64,000 nt of DNA from a virus (taxonomy: Duplodnaviria; Caudoviricetes). Under the pieces are notes generated by a model. It had not been told where the DNA came from and made no database searches. It saw only the letters and a program-made list of their open reading frames with translations. Shown one piece after another: positions 1 to 11,800 of this stretch (position 1 is its first letter; the number at the start of each line of letters is the position of its first letter). A program made the translations under genes and the position numbers. Location: IMG/VR virus record IMGVR_UViG_3300042558_004043; one strand, written 5' to 3'.

Positions 1-1
1 A

Positions 2-547
2 AGATTAACCTATAAAAAAGGTGATTTTATCAAACTACAAGAGGTTGAGATACCCCACTATAATGTTAAAACTTATAAGATAATTTCTGGTGATAAATCA
101 GACAACATTGACGGTATCTATTATTTGGGTGAAAAAACATTAGTTAAATTATTTCCTGAGATACTTGACCGCGAGGTTTCTTTTAACGATATTTTAACAA
201 GAGCCGAGGTATTACTAACCGAGGACAAAGAAAACAAAATTTTACAAAACTTACTTTCAGGTAAAACAAAATCAGGTATCTATGGAAATGAATTTTTTGA
301 GATTAACAACAAAATCGTGGATTTGTCTAATCCGTTAATCACAGAGGAAGGTAAGGAAATCGTTAAATTATATTATAGTGAAACATTAGACCCCGAGGGC
401 AGAGGACACAGAAACCTAATCCGTATGATGATGGAGGATGGGTTCTTTAAATTTCTCCCAAAACATGACGAAGCGTGGGTAAACTTTGTAAAACCGTTTA
501 TGAAATTAACAAGAAAAGAAAAAAAACAATTTAAAACCAAAAAGTAA
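2..547 (+). CDS. 5'-3' exonuclease / flap endonuclease (T4 RNase H or PolI N-terminal type), 5' truncated by the window edge
   Basis: The frame is open from base 2, upstream of the TTG used by the ORF track. It reads ISGDKSDNIDGIYYLGEKT, the helix-3-turn-helix motif (GDxSDNIxG..G.KT) of FEN/5'-3' exonucleases. Confidence 0.85.
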   Translation, partial: RLTYKKGDFIKLQEVEIPHYNVKTYKIISGDKSDNIDGIYYLGEKTLVKLFPEILDREVSFNDILTRAEVLLTEDKENKILQNLLSGKTKSGIYGNEFFEINNKIVDLSNPLITEEGKEIVKLYYSETLDPEGRGHRNLIRMMMEDGFFKFLPKHDEAWVNFVKPFMKLTRKEKKQFKTKK

Positions 548-553
548 TTTTTT

Positions 554-1006
554 ATGAAAGAGCAAGATTTAACAAAACTTGAGTTTTTGATGATGGTTAA
601 TGACAACATCATCGTTCAGAGGTATTTTAATGTCCGTGACTACAATCCCGAGGCAAGGTATTCATCTGAACTTTATGAGTTTATTTTAGAATTTAAAAAT
701 ACTCTCACGCATCGTTTAAAAATGAAAACTGTCGACTACATGCTTGAGAATTCTTATGAGATTCAGGGCAACCCGGCAATTTTGGATACGTCTTATACCG
801 ATGGACCCGAGCACTTTAACGTCTTTATTAAACATGGGGACATGACAATTTGTCATCGTCAGATTGATGCTAAAATTTTCCCTCCTAAAATAAGATACAC
901 CGTAGACATCCGTCCTCATATAAAAAGTTTGCTTTCATCACTTACTGACATTTTTTCGGCGAAAAATTTAACTTTTGAATTCGCGGGAATTAGTACTAAG
1001 CGATAA
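554..1006 (+). CDS. hypothetical phage protein between the exonuclease and helicase
   Basis: 150-aa ORF tightly packed in the operon; no recognisable motif. Confidence 0.75.
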   Translation: MKEQDLTKLEFLMMVNDNIIVQRYFNVRDYNPEARYSSELYEFILEFKNTLTHRLKMKTVDYMLENSYEIQGNPAILDTSYTDGPEHFNVFIKHGDMTICHRQIDAKIFPPKIRYTVDIRPHIKSLLSSLTDIFSAKNLTFEFAGISTKR

Positions 1007-1035
1007 TATTTATCTAACACAACAATTTATTTTTT

Positions 1036-2418
1036 ATGGCGTCAAACAAAAATTTCGATTATTTAGGGTCTTCTTTTCAAATACAGTTACTGAATCAAAT
1101 TATCATTGATAAAGAATTTGGGAGGTCCATAATTGACGTTATAGAACAACAATATTTTGAAAATAAGTACTTCAAAATCATCTTGCAAATGATTAAGGAG
1201 TATTATTTAAAATATGAACACGTACCGACTTTTGATACCTTAGAACAAATCACCAAATCGGAACTACAACAAGAATTGGCCTCTAAAATTGTGATGGATA
1301 CCATTGCAAAAATTAAAGAGTCACCAATCGAAGGTAGTGGATTCATCCAAGAAAAGGCTCTTAAATTCTGTAAACAACAAGAACTTCAAAAGGCCATTAC
1401 AAAGGCTCAAAAAGTTATTGACGGAGGTGAGTTTGAAAGTTATGACAAACTAGAAGAACTAGTTAGAGAAGCTCTACAAGTTGGAGAACGAGAGGATGGA
1501 ATGGCCGATGTATTCTCTAATTTGGACGATGTACTTAATGAAGACTATCGACACCCAATCCCAATGGGAATACCTGGAATTGACAGATTGTTAAAAGGAG
1601 GTTTGGCGAAAGGAGAATTAGGCGTTATCTTAGCTCCCACGGGAGTAGGTAAATCTACATTCTTAACCAAAATTGCAAATCACTCATTTAATTTGGGATA
1701 CAACGTACTTCAAATATTCTTCGAGGATAACCCAAAAATTATCCAACGTAAACACATCACACTTTGGACAAAAGTCCACCCTGATGAGTTATCAAATAAG
1801 AAAGATGAAGTGATGGATAAGGTTAGAGAGGTACAAAGTAAGATGGAGAACCGTTTAATTTTAAAGAAACTACCATCGGATACTTTAACAATGCTTCAAA
1901 TCAAAAATCAACTTCGCAAGATGATTGCAGATGGAATCAAGTTAGATATGATTGTATTAGACTATATTGACTGTATTGTTCCTGACAAGAATTTGGGTGA
2001 TGAATGGAAGAGTGAGGGTTCGGTTATGAGAGGGTTTGAAGCCATGTGTCACGAGTTGAATTTAGTTGGGTGGACGGCAACACAAGGTAACAGAAGTTCA
2101 ATTTCATCAGAGGTAGTAACTACAGACCAAATGGGAGGTTCAATTAAAAAGGCACAAGTTGGTCACGTTATTATCTCAGTTGCTAAGACATTACAACAAA
2201 AAGAGATGAAACTGGCAACAATTGCTATAACCAAATCTAGAATTGGTGATGACGGAATCGTGTTTGAAAATTGTAAGTTCGATAATGGTATGTTAGAAAT
2301 CGATACCGAAAGTTCTGTAACGTTCTTAGGATTAGAGGAACAGAAAGAAGAACAACAAAGACAAAGAGTAAAAGATTTACTCGAAAGAAGAAAACAAAGA
2401 GAACAACAAAATAATTAA
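1036..2418 (+). CDS. replicative DNA helicase, DnaB/T4 gp41-like
   Basis: Walker A APTGVGKS, Walker B IVLDYID, ATQGNR and KSRIG motifs; N-terminal DnaB-like helical domain. Confidence 0.92.
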   Translation: MASNKNFDYLGSSFQIQLLNQIIIDKEFGRSIIDVIEQQYFENKYFKIILQMIKEYYLKYEHVPTFDTLEQITKSELQQELASKIVMDTIAKIKESPIEGSGFIQEKALKFCKQQELQKAITKAQKVIDGGEFESYDKLEELVREALQVGEREDGMADVFSNLDDVLNEDYRHPIPMGIPGIDRLLKGGLAKGELGVILAPTGVGKSTFLTKIANHSFNLGYNVLQIFFEDNPKIIQRKHITLWTKVHPDELSNKKDEVMDKVREVQSKMENRLILKKLPSDTLTMLQIKNQLRKMIADGIKLDMIVLDYIDCIVPDKNLGDEWKSEGSVMRGFEAMCHELNLVGWTATQGNRSSISSEVVTTDQMGGSIKKAQVGHVIISVAKTLQQKEMKLATIAITKSRIGDDGIVFENCKFDNGMLEIDTESSVTFLGLEEQKEEQQRQRVKDLLERRKQREQQNN

Positions 2419-2423
2419 TTAAT

Positions 2424-3371
2424 ATGGAGAAGATTTTAGTAGAGAACCCAAATAGGTTTGTTATATTCCCTATCGAACATAACGATATTTGGGAGTTTTA
2501 TAAAATGCATCAGGCGGCGTTTTGGACCGCTGAGGAAGTTGACCTCTCAGGAGATATCCGTGATTGGGAAAACCTTTCAGAAAATGAACAATACTTTGTT
2601 AAGAATGTTCTATCATTCTTCGCAGCATCTGATGGTATTGTTAATGAAAATTTGGCGGAGAATTTCTATCGGGAAGTTCAATATCCTGAGGCAAAGTTCT
2701 TCTACGGAATGCAACTTGCTATGGAAAATATTCATAGTCTTATGTACTCACTTTTGATTGATACCTATGTGTCAAATCCAAAAGAAAAAGATGAGTGTTT
2801 CCACGCAATTGATAGACTTCCCGCGGTTCAGAAGAAGGCTAAATGGGCTTTGGAATGGATTACTAACGCATCATTCCAAGAACGTCTTGTGGCTTTTGCG
2901 GCAGTGGAAGGAATATTCTTTTCAGGTTCATTCTGCTCAATATTTTGGTTGAAATCTAGAGGATTGATGCAAGGTTTGTGTAATGCAAATTCATTAATTT
3001 TTAAAGATGAGAATCTCCACTGTGATTTTGCAATTCATCTTTTGAACAACCACTGTGAGAACAAACCAAGTGAAAAAAGAATTAAAGAGATTCTATTGTC
3101 GGCTTTGGAGATTGAGAAAGAATTTATCACAGAATCACTACCTGTTTCACTTATTGGTATGAACTCCAATTTGATGAAACAATATTTGGAATTCGTGGTT
3201 GATGGTCTACTTGTTAAATTTGGATTTAAAAAACAATTTAATGTCGAACAACCATTTAAATTCATGGAACAAATTGCCGTTGAGACCAAAGGTAACTTCT
3301 TTGAATCAAGAACGGTTGAATACCAAAAAGCAAAGTTGAACGAAACATTGTCCTTTACGGATGACTTTTAA
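2424..3371 (+). CDS. nrdB: class Ia ribonucleotide reductase small (beta) subunit
   Basis: [21 protein letters not shown] (metal ligands and radical Tyr), [10 protein letters not shown] and DENLH motifs. Confidence 0.97.
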   Translation: MEKILVENPNRFVIFPIEHNDIWEFYKMHQAAFWTAEEVDLSGDIRDWENLSENEQYFVKNVLSFFAASDGIVNENLAENFYREVQYPEAKFFYGMQLAMENIHSLMYSLLIDTYVSNPKEKDECFHAIDRLPAVQKKAKWALEWITNASFQERLVAFAAVEGIFFSGSFCSIFWLKSRGLMQGLCNANSLIFKDENLHCDFAIHLLNNHCENKPSEKRIKEILLSALEIEKEFITESLPVSLIGMNSNLMKQYLEFVVDGLLVKFGFKKQFNVEQPFKFMEQIAVETKGNFFESRTVEYQKAKLNETLSFTDDF

Positions 3372-3390
3372 TTGATTATCTTTATAAACT

Positions 3391-5823
3391 ATGATGTCCT
3401 TAAAAATTAAAAAAAGAGGCGGGGATGACGCGTCGTTTAACCCTCAAAAAATATATAACCGAATTAAACGGTCCGCAAAAGGTTTGAATGTAAATTCAGA
3501 CGAAATCTTTATTAAAGTAATCACTTCGGTACCAACTGAAGGTGAGATTACGACCAAAGATTTGGATAAATTAATCTATGAGATAGCTGCGGCTTATACT
3601 GGTAGTCACCACGATTATTCACGTCTTGCGTCATCTGTTGCAATTTCTTCGTATCATAAAGAAACAAACCCAAGTTTCTCAAATACTATGATGGAACTTT
3701 ACAAAGAAAGAATTGTTAATGAGGAGTTTATCAATATGATTAGCAGTTACGGTCCGTCAAATATTGATGAGGTTATCAATCACGACAATGATTATAACTT
3801 TGATTACTTTGCTTGGAGGTCACTACAAGAGATGTATCTTTTGAAACTTCCAAGTGGTAAGACAATCGAGCGTCCCCAACATATGTACATGCGTGTTGCA
3901 ATTTGGGTAACAAAATCATTTGAACAAGCGGTTGAATACTATAAGTCACTTTCAAGTCAACTTATTTCACCGGCAACTCCAATTATGATTAATGCAGGTA
4001 CAAAGGTCCCACAACTTGCTTCTTGTGTATTACATTACAATGATGCAGATTCTCGAGAAGGTCTTTTGAATACAATGAGAGATATTTCCACATATTCATC
4101 AGACGCTGCGGGTATTGGTCTTTCTATGTCAAATATTCGTAGTAAGGAAAGTCGTATTACATCATCAGGTGGATTTGCCGGTGGTCTTTTGAAATATCTG
4201 AAAATTGTTAATGAATCACTTCGATTCTTTAACCAACAAGGACGCAGACCAGGTTCTGCGGCAATTTACTTAGAGCCGTGGCACAAAGATATTTTTGACC
4301 TTTTGGATATTAAAAAAAATACAGGTGCGGAGGAGTTGAGAGCTCGTGATTTGTTCACCGCACTTTGGATTCCCGATAACTTTATGAATGCGGTTAAGAA
4401 TAACGAGGATTGGTATTTGTTTTGTCCTAACGATATTAAAAAATCAGGAATCAAACCATTACAAGAATGTTTCGGTGATGAATATGAGGAAAATTATAAC
4501 AAAGCCATTAACTTAGGTATTGGTAAAAAAGTTAAAGCTCAGGAAGTTTGGTCAAAAATAATTGAATCCCAAATCGAGACAGGAGTTCCTTATTTGTGTT
4601 CTAAGGATAGTGCAAATAGAAAAACTAATCATTCAAATATTGGGGTGATTAAACAATCAAATCTGTGTAACGAAATTTATCAATACACAGATGAAAATAC
4701 TACGGCAATTTGTACTCTGTCATCTATGGTTTTGAAAAACTTTGTGAAAGATGGGGAATTTAACCACAAACTTTTATATGAGGAGACTCGTAAAGTTGTT
4801 AGAGCCCTTAACAAAGTTGTAGACATTAACAACTACTCAACTGAAAAAGGAAACAAGGGTGGACGTGAACAAAGAGCAATTGCTATTGGAACTCAGGGAC
4901 TTGCTGATGTATTTTATTTGATGGATTATATCTTTACATCTGATGAAGCCAAGAAACTTAACAAAGATATTTTTGAAACAATTTACTTTGCGGCAATTAC
5001 TGAAAGTTGTCGTTTATGTAAGTCAGAAGAATATAAACCATATGATTTCTTTAACGGCTCACCAATGTCAGAAGGGGTATTCCAATTTGATATGTGGGGT
5101 CTGAATGAAGGTGAATTATCAGGAAGATGGGATTGGAATTCATTGAAAGAAGAAGTTAAAAATTATGGTGTTTGTAATTCTTTATTCACTGCTCAAATGC
5201 CTGTGGCGTCATCGGCTAAGATTACAGGTTCATATGAAATGACTGAACCGGCTCACTCGGCTATTTTTAACAGAAGAGTTGTTGGTGGTGAGATTATGAT
5301 TGTCAACAAGTATTTGATTAATGATTTTGAAAAACTCGGCATTTGGTGTGAGGACCTAAAGAATGAGATAATTCTAAACGAAGGTTCAATACAAGGTATT
5401 AATTTCAATAATTACCTAGACCCTGAGGATAAACAATACAATAAAAAAGTTAAAAGAATCGAACACCTGATTCCAAAGTACAAAACAATTTGGGAGATAT
5501 CTCAAAAGGCGTTGATTGAAATGGCTGCTGATAGAGGTCCTTTCATTGACCAATCACAATCAATGAACATTTATATGGGTAACCCATCTTTGTCTAAGAT
5601 TTCATCCTCACATTTCTATAGTTGGGAAAAAGGTTTGAAAACACTTTGTTATTATGTTAGAACAAAGGCAATTTCAACGGGGGCAAAACACTTGGCGGTC
5701 GATATATCAAAAATGTCAAAACCAAATGTTACACCTGAACCACCAAAAGTTGATTATAGTAATATGAATTTACCACCAAAACCGGTAAATTCTGAGTTTG
5801 AATGTTTTGGATGTTCATCATAA
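3391..5823 (+). CDS. nrdA: class Ia ribonucleotide reductase large (alpha) subunit with N-terminal ATP cone
   Basis: ATP cone (IKKRGG...KIYNRI), QLASCVL, SNLCNE, ICTLSS, YYVRT and a C-terminal CFGC redox pair. Confidence 0.97.
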   Translation: MMSLKIKKRGGDDASFNPQKIYNRIKRSAKGLNVNSDEIFIKVITSVPTEGEITTKDLDKLIYEIAAAYTGSHHDYSRLASSVAISSYHKETNPSFSNTMMELYKERIVNEEFINMISSYGPSNIDEVINHDNDYNFDYFAWRSLQEMYLLKLPSGKTIERPQHMYMRVAIWVTKSFEQAVEYYKSLSSQLISPATPIMINAGTKVPQLASCVLHYNDADSREGLLNTMRDISTYSSDAAGIGLSMSNIRSKESRITSSGGFAGGLLKYLKIVNESLRFFNQQGRRPGSAAIYLEPWHKDIFDLLDIKKNTGAEELRARDLFTALWIPDNFMNAVKNNEDWYLFCPNDIKKSGIKPLQECFGDEYEENYNKAINLGIGKKVKAQEVWSKIIESQIETGVPYLCSKDSANRKTNHSNIGVIKQSNLCNEIYQYTDENTTAICTLSSMVLKNFVKDGEFNHKLLYEETRKVVRALNKVVDINNYSTEKGNKGGREQRAIAIGTQGLADVFYLMDYIFTSDEAKKLNKDIFETIYFAAITESCRLCKSEEYKPYDFFNGSPMSEGVFQFDMWGLNEGELSGRWDWNSLKEEVKNYGVCNSLFTAQMPVASSAKITGSYEMTEPAHSAIFNRRVVGGEIMIVNKYLINDFEKLGIWCEDLKNEIILNEGSIQGINFNNYLDPEDKQYNKKVKRIEHLIPKYKTIWEISQKALIEMAADRGPFIDQSQSMNIYMGNPSLSKISSSHFYSWEKGLKTLCYYVRTKAISTGAKHLAVDISKMSKPNVTPEPPKVDYSNMNLPPKPVNSEFECFGCSS

Positions 5824-5826
5824 AAT

Positions 5827-5851
5827 AAATCCCGAGAAATCGGGATTTTTT
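5827..5851 (+). terminator. intrinsic terminator after nrdA
   Basis: Stem aaatcccga / tcgggattt with a GAAA tetraloop and T-tract, immediately after the nrdA stop. Confidence 0.85.
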
Positions 5852-5870
5852 ATTTAAGATATTTATTAAT

Positions 5871-6494
5871 ATGGCGATATATAATGAAAATATTGAATTG
5901 TTTAAATGTTTGGTGAGAGTTTCTCACTTTACTAAAAATCCTGAAGATGACAATAAATTCCATAAAGCTTATGCCTTTGCGGTACAGTCTGTTGCGGGAA
6001 AAATCCTAACATTTCACATAATGACCGACTATGGTATGATGAGGTCACGAGTTCCAATATCAGAAATATTCATGAAAGAACCTGAAAAAGATATACCATT
6101 TCATTTCAAACAACTTTGGGATTGTTTTTCTGAAAATGTTACAATAACAACTTATGATTATCTATATGAAAAAAGATGTCAGGTTGTTTTAAGAGATGGG
6201 TCAAAAATTTGGGCGACATACTTAATGACTGTTGATTGGTATAGAAATCCATACTCTGATGAACCATCGGATTATAAGTGCGGTCACATTTTAATCGCTG
6301 ATGATGGATATCTTTTATGCCAACCAAACAATAGAATTTATTGGAAGGATTCCAATTGGATTACAAATAAATTTCCAATAGAACCAAAAGAAATAAAAGT
6401 CGACACTGATTTACCTTCGGTTGAAACATTATCAGATAGATGGGTTGCCGATAATGGTGATTGTTACTATTATAATATAAATGAGATTGAATAG
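5871..6494 (+). CDS. hypothetical protein
   Basis: 207-aa ORF with motif-like segments (QLWDCFS, YLMTVDW, YKCGHIL, QPNNRIYW); no function assignable. Confidence 0.8.
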   Translation: MAIYNENIELFKCLVRVSHFTKNPEDDNKFHKAYAFAVQSVAGKILTFHIMTDYGMMRSRVPISEIFMKEPEKDIPFHFKQLWDCFSENVTITTYDYLYEKRCQVVLRDGSKIWATYLMTVDWYRNPYSDEPSDYKCGHILIADDGYLLCQPNNRIYWKDSNWITNKFPIEPKEIKVDTDLPSVETLSDRWVADNGDCYYYNINEIE

Positions 6495-6518
6495 TATTTA
6501 TAATAAAACGTAGATATA

Positions 6519-6965
6519 ATGACATACGGTATAAATTTTCCATTTAGAGATTCATTCAACGGAACTTATTTTGATTTATCAACAACTAATGATGAAGAAA
6601 TAAGAACTGATTTGGTTCACTTATTACTAACCAGAAAAGGAACTAGATATTTTTTACCTGATTTTGGAACTAGATTGTATGAATATCTTTTTGAACCATT
6701 AGATGGACCAACATTTTCAGACATTGAGGCTGAAATAAGAGATACCGTTTCTGAATATATACCTGGTATCACAATAACTAAAATTGACATCAAACCTGCA
6801 TCTAGTGATGATGAGGATAAGGGGTCATATGTTAATGATAATGACGAAAGAGTGTTTAGAGTACCTGGAATTGGGACATTAGAACATACCGCTAAGATAA
6901 AAATTGACTATAAAATAAATAACGATGTTTTTAATGCTAGTGATTTCGTTATTATTAATATTTAA
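6519..6965 (+). CDS. baseplate wedge protein, T4 gp25/GPW-like
   Basis: LLLTRKGTRYFLPDFGTRLYEYLFEP matches the gp25-family signature (L.T..GER...P.FG..L..yLFEP). Confidence 0.9.
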   Translation: MTYGINFPFRDSFNGTYFDLSTTNDEEIRTDLVHLLLTRKGTRYFLPDFGTRLYEYLFEPLDGPTFSDIEAEIRDTVSEYIPGITITKIDIKPASSDDEDKGSYVNDNDERVFRVPGIGTLEHTAKIKIDYKINNDVFNASDFVIINI

Positions 6966-6970
6966 AGGTT

Positions 6971-8809
6971 ATGGCAAATAAAAAAATATCGTATACTACA
7001 AGAGATTTTCAGTCGATTAGGACTGAGTTAATAAATTTTACACAAACATATTATCCTGATTTAGTAAGTAATTTTAATGACGCTTCAGTTTTTTCTGCGT
7101 TATTGGATTTGAATGCCGCTGTTACAGATAACTTACAGTTTAATATCGATAGAAGTATACAAGAAACAGTACTTCAGTATGCACAACAAAGGTCTTCAAT
7201 CTACAATATTGCTAGAACCTATGGATTAAAAATTCCGGGACAAAGACCTTCTGTTGCGTTAGTTGATTTCTCAATTACAGTACCCGCCTTTGGAGATAAA
7301 GAGGATTTAAGATATTGTGGTATTCTAAGAAGAGGTGCTCAAGTTAATGGAGGGGGACAAGTTTTTGAAACTGTATACGATATTGACTTTTCATCACCAA
7401 TTAGTGGAGACGGGTTTCCTAATAGATTAAAGATTCCTGTATTTGATTCAAATAACAAGTTAATTAATTATACAATAGTAAAAAGAGAAACGGTTGTTAA
7501 TGGAGTTACTAAAGTATTTAAAAAAGTGGTAACACCAAATGACGTTAAACCATTTTTTGAATTGTTTTTACCTGAAAAAAATGTATTAGGAGTTACTAGT
7601 GTTATACTTAAAGACGGAACTCAATACGCTAACATACCTTCGGCTCAAGAATTTTTAAATAACGACATCAGATGGTATGAGGTTAAGGCTTTAATTGAAG
7701 ATAGAGTTTTTGTAGAAGACCCAACTAAAACTTCGGACAGACCGGGTATCAAGGTTGGAAAATATGTGGTAACTAATAATAAATTTATAACTGAATATAC
7801 ACCTGAAGGGTTTTTAAAAATGACTTTCGGAGGAGGTAGTCAATCCGCCGACGAACAATTAAGAGAATTTGCTCGAAATGGATACAAATTAGACCTGTAC
7901 AAATACTCAAATAATTTTGCGTTAGGTAGTACCTTAAAGGCTAATACGACTATGTTTGTTCAGTATAGAATTGGAGGTGGGTCTACTAGTAATTTAGGGG
8001 TGAATGTTATAACACAAATAGGTACGGTTTCATTCTTTGTTAATGGTCCTTCAGAATCTGTAAATAATAATGTTGTGAATTCATTAAGATGTATTAATGT
8101 TACTGCGGCAATAGGAGGGGCGCCCGCGCCAACAACTGAAGAGGTTAGAAACTATGTATCATTTAACTTTGCATCTCAAAATAGGGCGGTTACTGTTAAT
8201 GATTATGAATCGATAATTAGAACTATGCCTTCACAATATGGAGCGCCGGCTAAAGTATCGATAACCGAAGAAAATAATAAGATAAAAATTAAAATGTTAT
8301 CTTATGATGATTCGGGTAAATTAACTGAAATAATATCAAACACTTTAAAAAGTAATGTTGCAAATTATTTGTCAAACTATAGAATGATTAATGATTATAT
8401 CTCAGTTGAGACCGCAAATGTGGTTGATTTATCGTTAACTATTGATGTTGTATTAGACTCAACACAAAACCAAGGGGTTGTGATTTCTTCCATAATAAAT
8501 TTAGTCTCAGATTATTTTGACCCGGCAAATATGCAAATGGGACAGAATGTCAATATATCGGAAATACGTAGACTAATACAAAGCGAAAATGGGGTTCTAT
8601 CAATATCTGACATTTTGGTGTTTAATAAAATTGGAGGACAATATTCATCATCACAAACCTCCCAAAGGTACTTAGATTCAGAGACAAAACAAATCGAATT
8701 GGTGGATGATACAATATTTGCCGAACCAAATCAAATTTATCAAATTAGATTCCCCGGTAAAGATATTAATATCAGAGTTAAGAACCTTTCTACAGTTAAT
8801 TTTTCTTGA
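6971..8809 (+). CDS. baseplate wedge protein, T4 gp6 / baseplate J-like
   Basis: N-terminal YTTRDFQSIRTEL, AAIGGAPAPTTEEVR and SQNRAVTVNDY motifs; follows the gp25-like gene. Confidence 0.9.
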   Translation: MANKKISYTTRDFQSIRTELINFTQTYYPDLVSNFNDASVFSALLDLNAAVTDNLQFNIDRSIQETVLQYAQQRSSIYNIARTYGLKIPGQRPSVALVDFSITVPAFGDKEDLRYCGILRRGAQVNGGGQVFETVYDIDFSSPISGDGFPNRLKIPVFDSNNKLINYTIVKRETVVNGVTKVFKKVVTPNDVKPFFELFLPEKNVLGVTSVILKDGTQYANIPSAQEFLNNDIRWYEVKALIEDRVFVEDPTKTSDRPGIKVGKYVVTNNKFITEYTPEGFLKMTFGGGSQSADEQLREFARNGYKLDLYKYSNNFALGSTLKANTTMFVQYRIGGGSTSNLGVNVITQIGTVSFFVNGPSESVNNNVVNSLRCINVTAAIGGAPAPTTEEVRNYVSFNFASQNRAVTVNDYESIIRTMPSQYGAPAKVSITEENNKIKIKMLSYDDSGKLTEIISNTLKSNVANYLSNYRMINDYISVETANVVDLSLTIDVVLDSTQNQGVVISSIINLVSDYFDPANMQMGQNVNISEIRRLIQSENGVLSISDILVFNKIGGQYSSSQTSQRYLDSETKQIELVDDTIFAEPNQIYQIRFPGKDINIRVKNLSTVNFS

Positions 8810-8883
8810 TAATTTATTTATCTAAATAATGGTCTATCTTTTTTTGAAAATAGCAAATAAACTATTTATAAAAAAGGTTTTTC

Positions 8884-11800
8884 ATGTCGAAATCATACAG
8901 AATAAGGACTCAAGTTGGAGTTGATAAAGCGGTAAATGTTTTATTAGAACAAGATTTTGAGGCTTTAGAAATTTTATCACTAAAGATACTTCAGAATCAA
9001 ATATACACAAGACAATGTTCTGATTATGGAGTTGTTGTTGGTCGTGTAAGTGCAAATAACGGATTTGGGTTACCAAACGTAAAAGTTTCAATTTTTGTTC
9101 CTCTATCCGATGAAGACGAACTTAATCCAATAATTTCTGAGTTATATCCTTATAAAACACTCAATGATTTAAATGAGGATGGGTATAGGTATAACTTGTT
9201 ACCATATGAAGTTTCTCATGGTGGACACACACCAACAGGTACTTTTCCATCTCGTGAGGATGTTTTGATAAACCAAGGTTTAATTGAAGTTTTTGACAAA
9301 TATTATAAATATACTGCAAAAACAAATGATAGTGGTGATTTTATGTTTTTCGGGGTTCCAATTGGTGCTCAAACACTTCATATGGATGTTGATTTGTCTG
9401 ACATTGGTGAATTTTCATTGTCACCACAGGACCTTATCAGACTAAATTTGGCAACAGAAAATCAAGTAGACGGAACAAAATTTAGGTCATCAACTAATTT
9501 AGGTGAATTACCACAAATTAAACAGGCAAACAGAACTGTGGAAGTTGTTCCACTTTGGGGTCAACCCGAAATTTGTTATTTAGGTATTACAAGGGTTGAT
9601 TTTGATTTATCACAAGAATTTGGTATTAAAATAGAACCTGCTGCTATTTTTATGGGGTCTATATTTTCTAATGTGGATGACAAAATTATTAAAAGAAATT
9701 GTAAGGCTGACCGAAAGTTGGGTAATATGTGTAGTACGATTACCGGTCCTGGTCAAATATTGTCAATAAGACAAACTATAGCCCTTGACAATTTAAGTAG
9801 ACCTGTTTTGGAAACTTTTCCATTAGAAAACGGAGGAAATTGTATTGATGATAACGGAACATGGTTGATTGATTTACCAATGAATTTGGATTACGTCTAC
9901 ACAAGTGAATCGGGAGAAAGACTAATATCTACCGACCCATCAATTGGTATACCAACAAAGTCTAGATATAGATTTAAAGTAAAATGGCAACAACCACCTA
10001 CACTAACAGGTAAAATATTGAGGGGGACTTATTTGGTGCCTAATATTAAAGAATGGGGATGGGAAGAAACGGACAAAGACCCAACTGTAGACCCCCCATC
10101 TTCAATTGGAGAAGTTGTTTTTGGAACTTGTAAAAAACCTGAAGAAATTTTTATAACTTCAGAGCCGTACACGATTGTTAAAGCTTCTTATGCATTTAGT
10201 TTGGATTGGGAAGATTATGGTGCAGGGCCTGATAGGGATATAATGATAAATGAGGCGATAAGATGTGAAGATAGATTTTTTGAATTTTTACATAGTAAAG
10301 TTTATACAGTTTCATCTCTGATAACTGAATTTAGAGCTGCTCCGGATAATGATTTTAGATATTTGGCAATAAAAGATATTTTGAATAGTGAATGTGAATC
10401 CACAACAAATACATTTCCGGCCAATGACGGGCAAAAAAATAATGATATAATTTATCTGTTATTTACATTGTTATTGAACATATTAATTCCTGTAATGTTC
10501 ATAGTAATAATTATTGCCCATATTGTGGCCCTTTTAACCTGTATTGTTTCATGGATACTAGGTGCTTTAAAAATAGTTATATGTGGTATTGCGGATTTTT
10601 TAAATTTGTTGGGTAACATACCCTTGTTAGGTCTACCATTTCAATTAGCTGCAAAACCATTTGAGTTTCTATGTGAACCATTAGAGAATGCTTATGAAAA
10701 AATGAGTGAATTTTGCGGAAGTTTTGGAATAAACCTTCCGGTTATGGTTTATCCTGATTGTGAATTTTGTCCTTGTGAAGACCCAAATGCTGAAATTAAA
10801 CCAACTAACTTGGACTCTTTGGGAATTCCTGGCATGGACGAGGCTTTACAAGCGGCGGGAGGTACTTCAGTCGTACATGATTTCTTTTCAACTACAAAAT
10901 GGGAATGTAATCTAGTTCCACAAAATTGGGTTTGGATTGGGTTATCTGGACAAAATAATGTGGCAACACCAATTGCTGGTGATGATATTAGTAACTATAT
11001 TGGAGCATTACAAACTGGAGGACCTTCATTGGGTGGGTTGACATTTCATAGCCCAATACAACAAAATATAATAGTTGATGACAGTGACCCTAATGGTAAT
11101 GACAATGTTGATGCTTGGAAAATGTTTACAACGAGTATTCCTTTTTTTGAAAGGATAAATCTACTTAATACTAAAGCAAAGTATTTTTCACCAACCTCAA
11201 ACCCTGGAGGGGGAAGGAATAGAATCAGAGTAAAATTCGCGTCCGATAACGCCGCCAATACTGAATTTCACGAAGATAATGTTTTAATATTATTTGTAAA
11301 ACCAAGTCAGTTAGATAATTTTGAATCTGGAAAAATATACACACCTGTGGAAAAAAAATGGTCACAAGATATAAACCTTAATTTACTAACCTTAACTGCT
11401 CAAACACAATTCGGTAATTTAGCTGTAACAGGGACAACCTTGGGAACACCTGTTTTAAATTCTGAAGGTGAAATTACTCATTTTCAAAGAGACATATCTG
11501 TATTCTATGCAAACCCAAATGGTTCAGGTAATCAAGGACCGATAAACTACACAATATCGGCATCAACTGGAGACTTAGAATCGGGAGAAAATTTTTACAA
11601 GTTTCCAAGTGACATAGAATATTTCCAAGTTATTACAGGATTAACCGTATTTGATTACCTCGCATTATGTAACCCCGGTAGCACTGATGAAACTATAAGA
11701 GGTAGAATACTAAGTAGTTATATGGACATAATCCAAGATTTATTTGGAGACTCAAATTTAGTTGGAGACATAACTAATGTCACAAATTTATTTTATAATC

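Noticed and set aside
1036-5823. Inteins or group I introns in helicase, nrdB or nrdA
   Set aside because: Proteins are of normal length with contiguous motifs; no splice-junction or homing endonuclease signatures.
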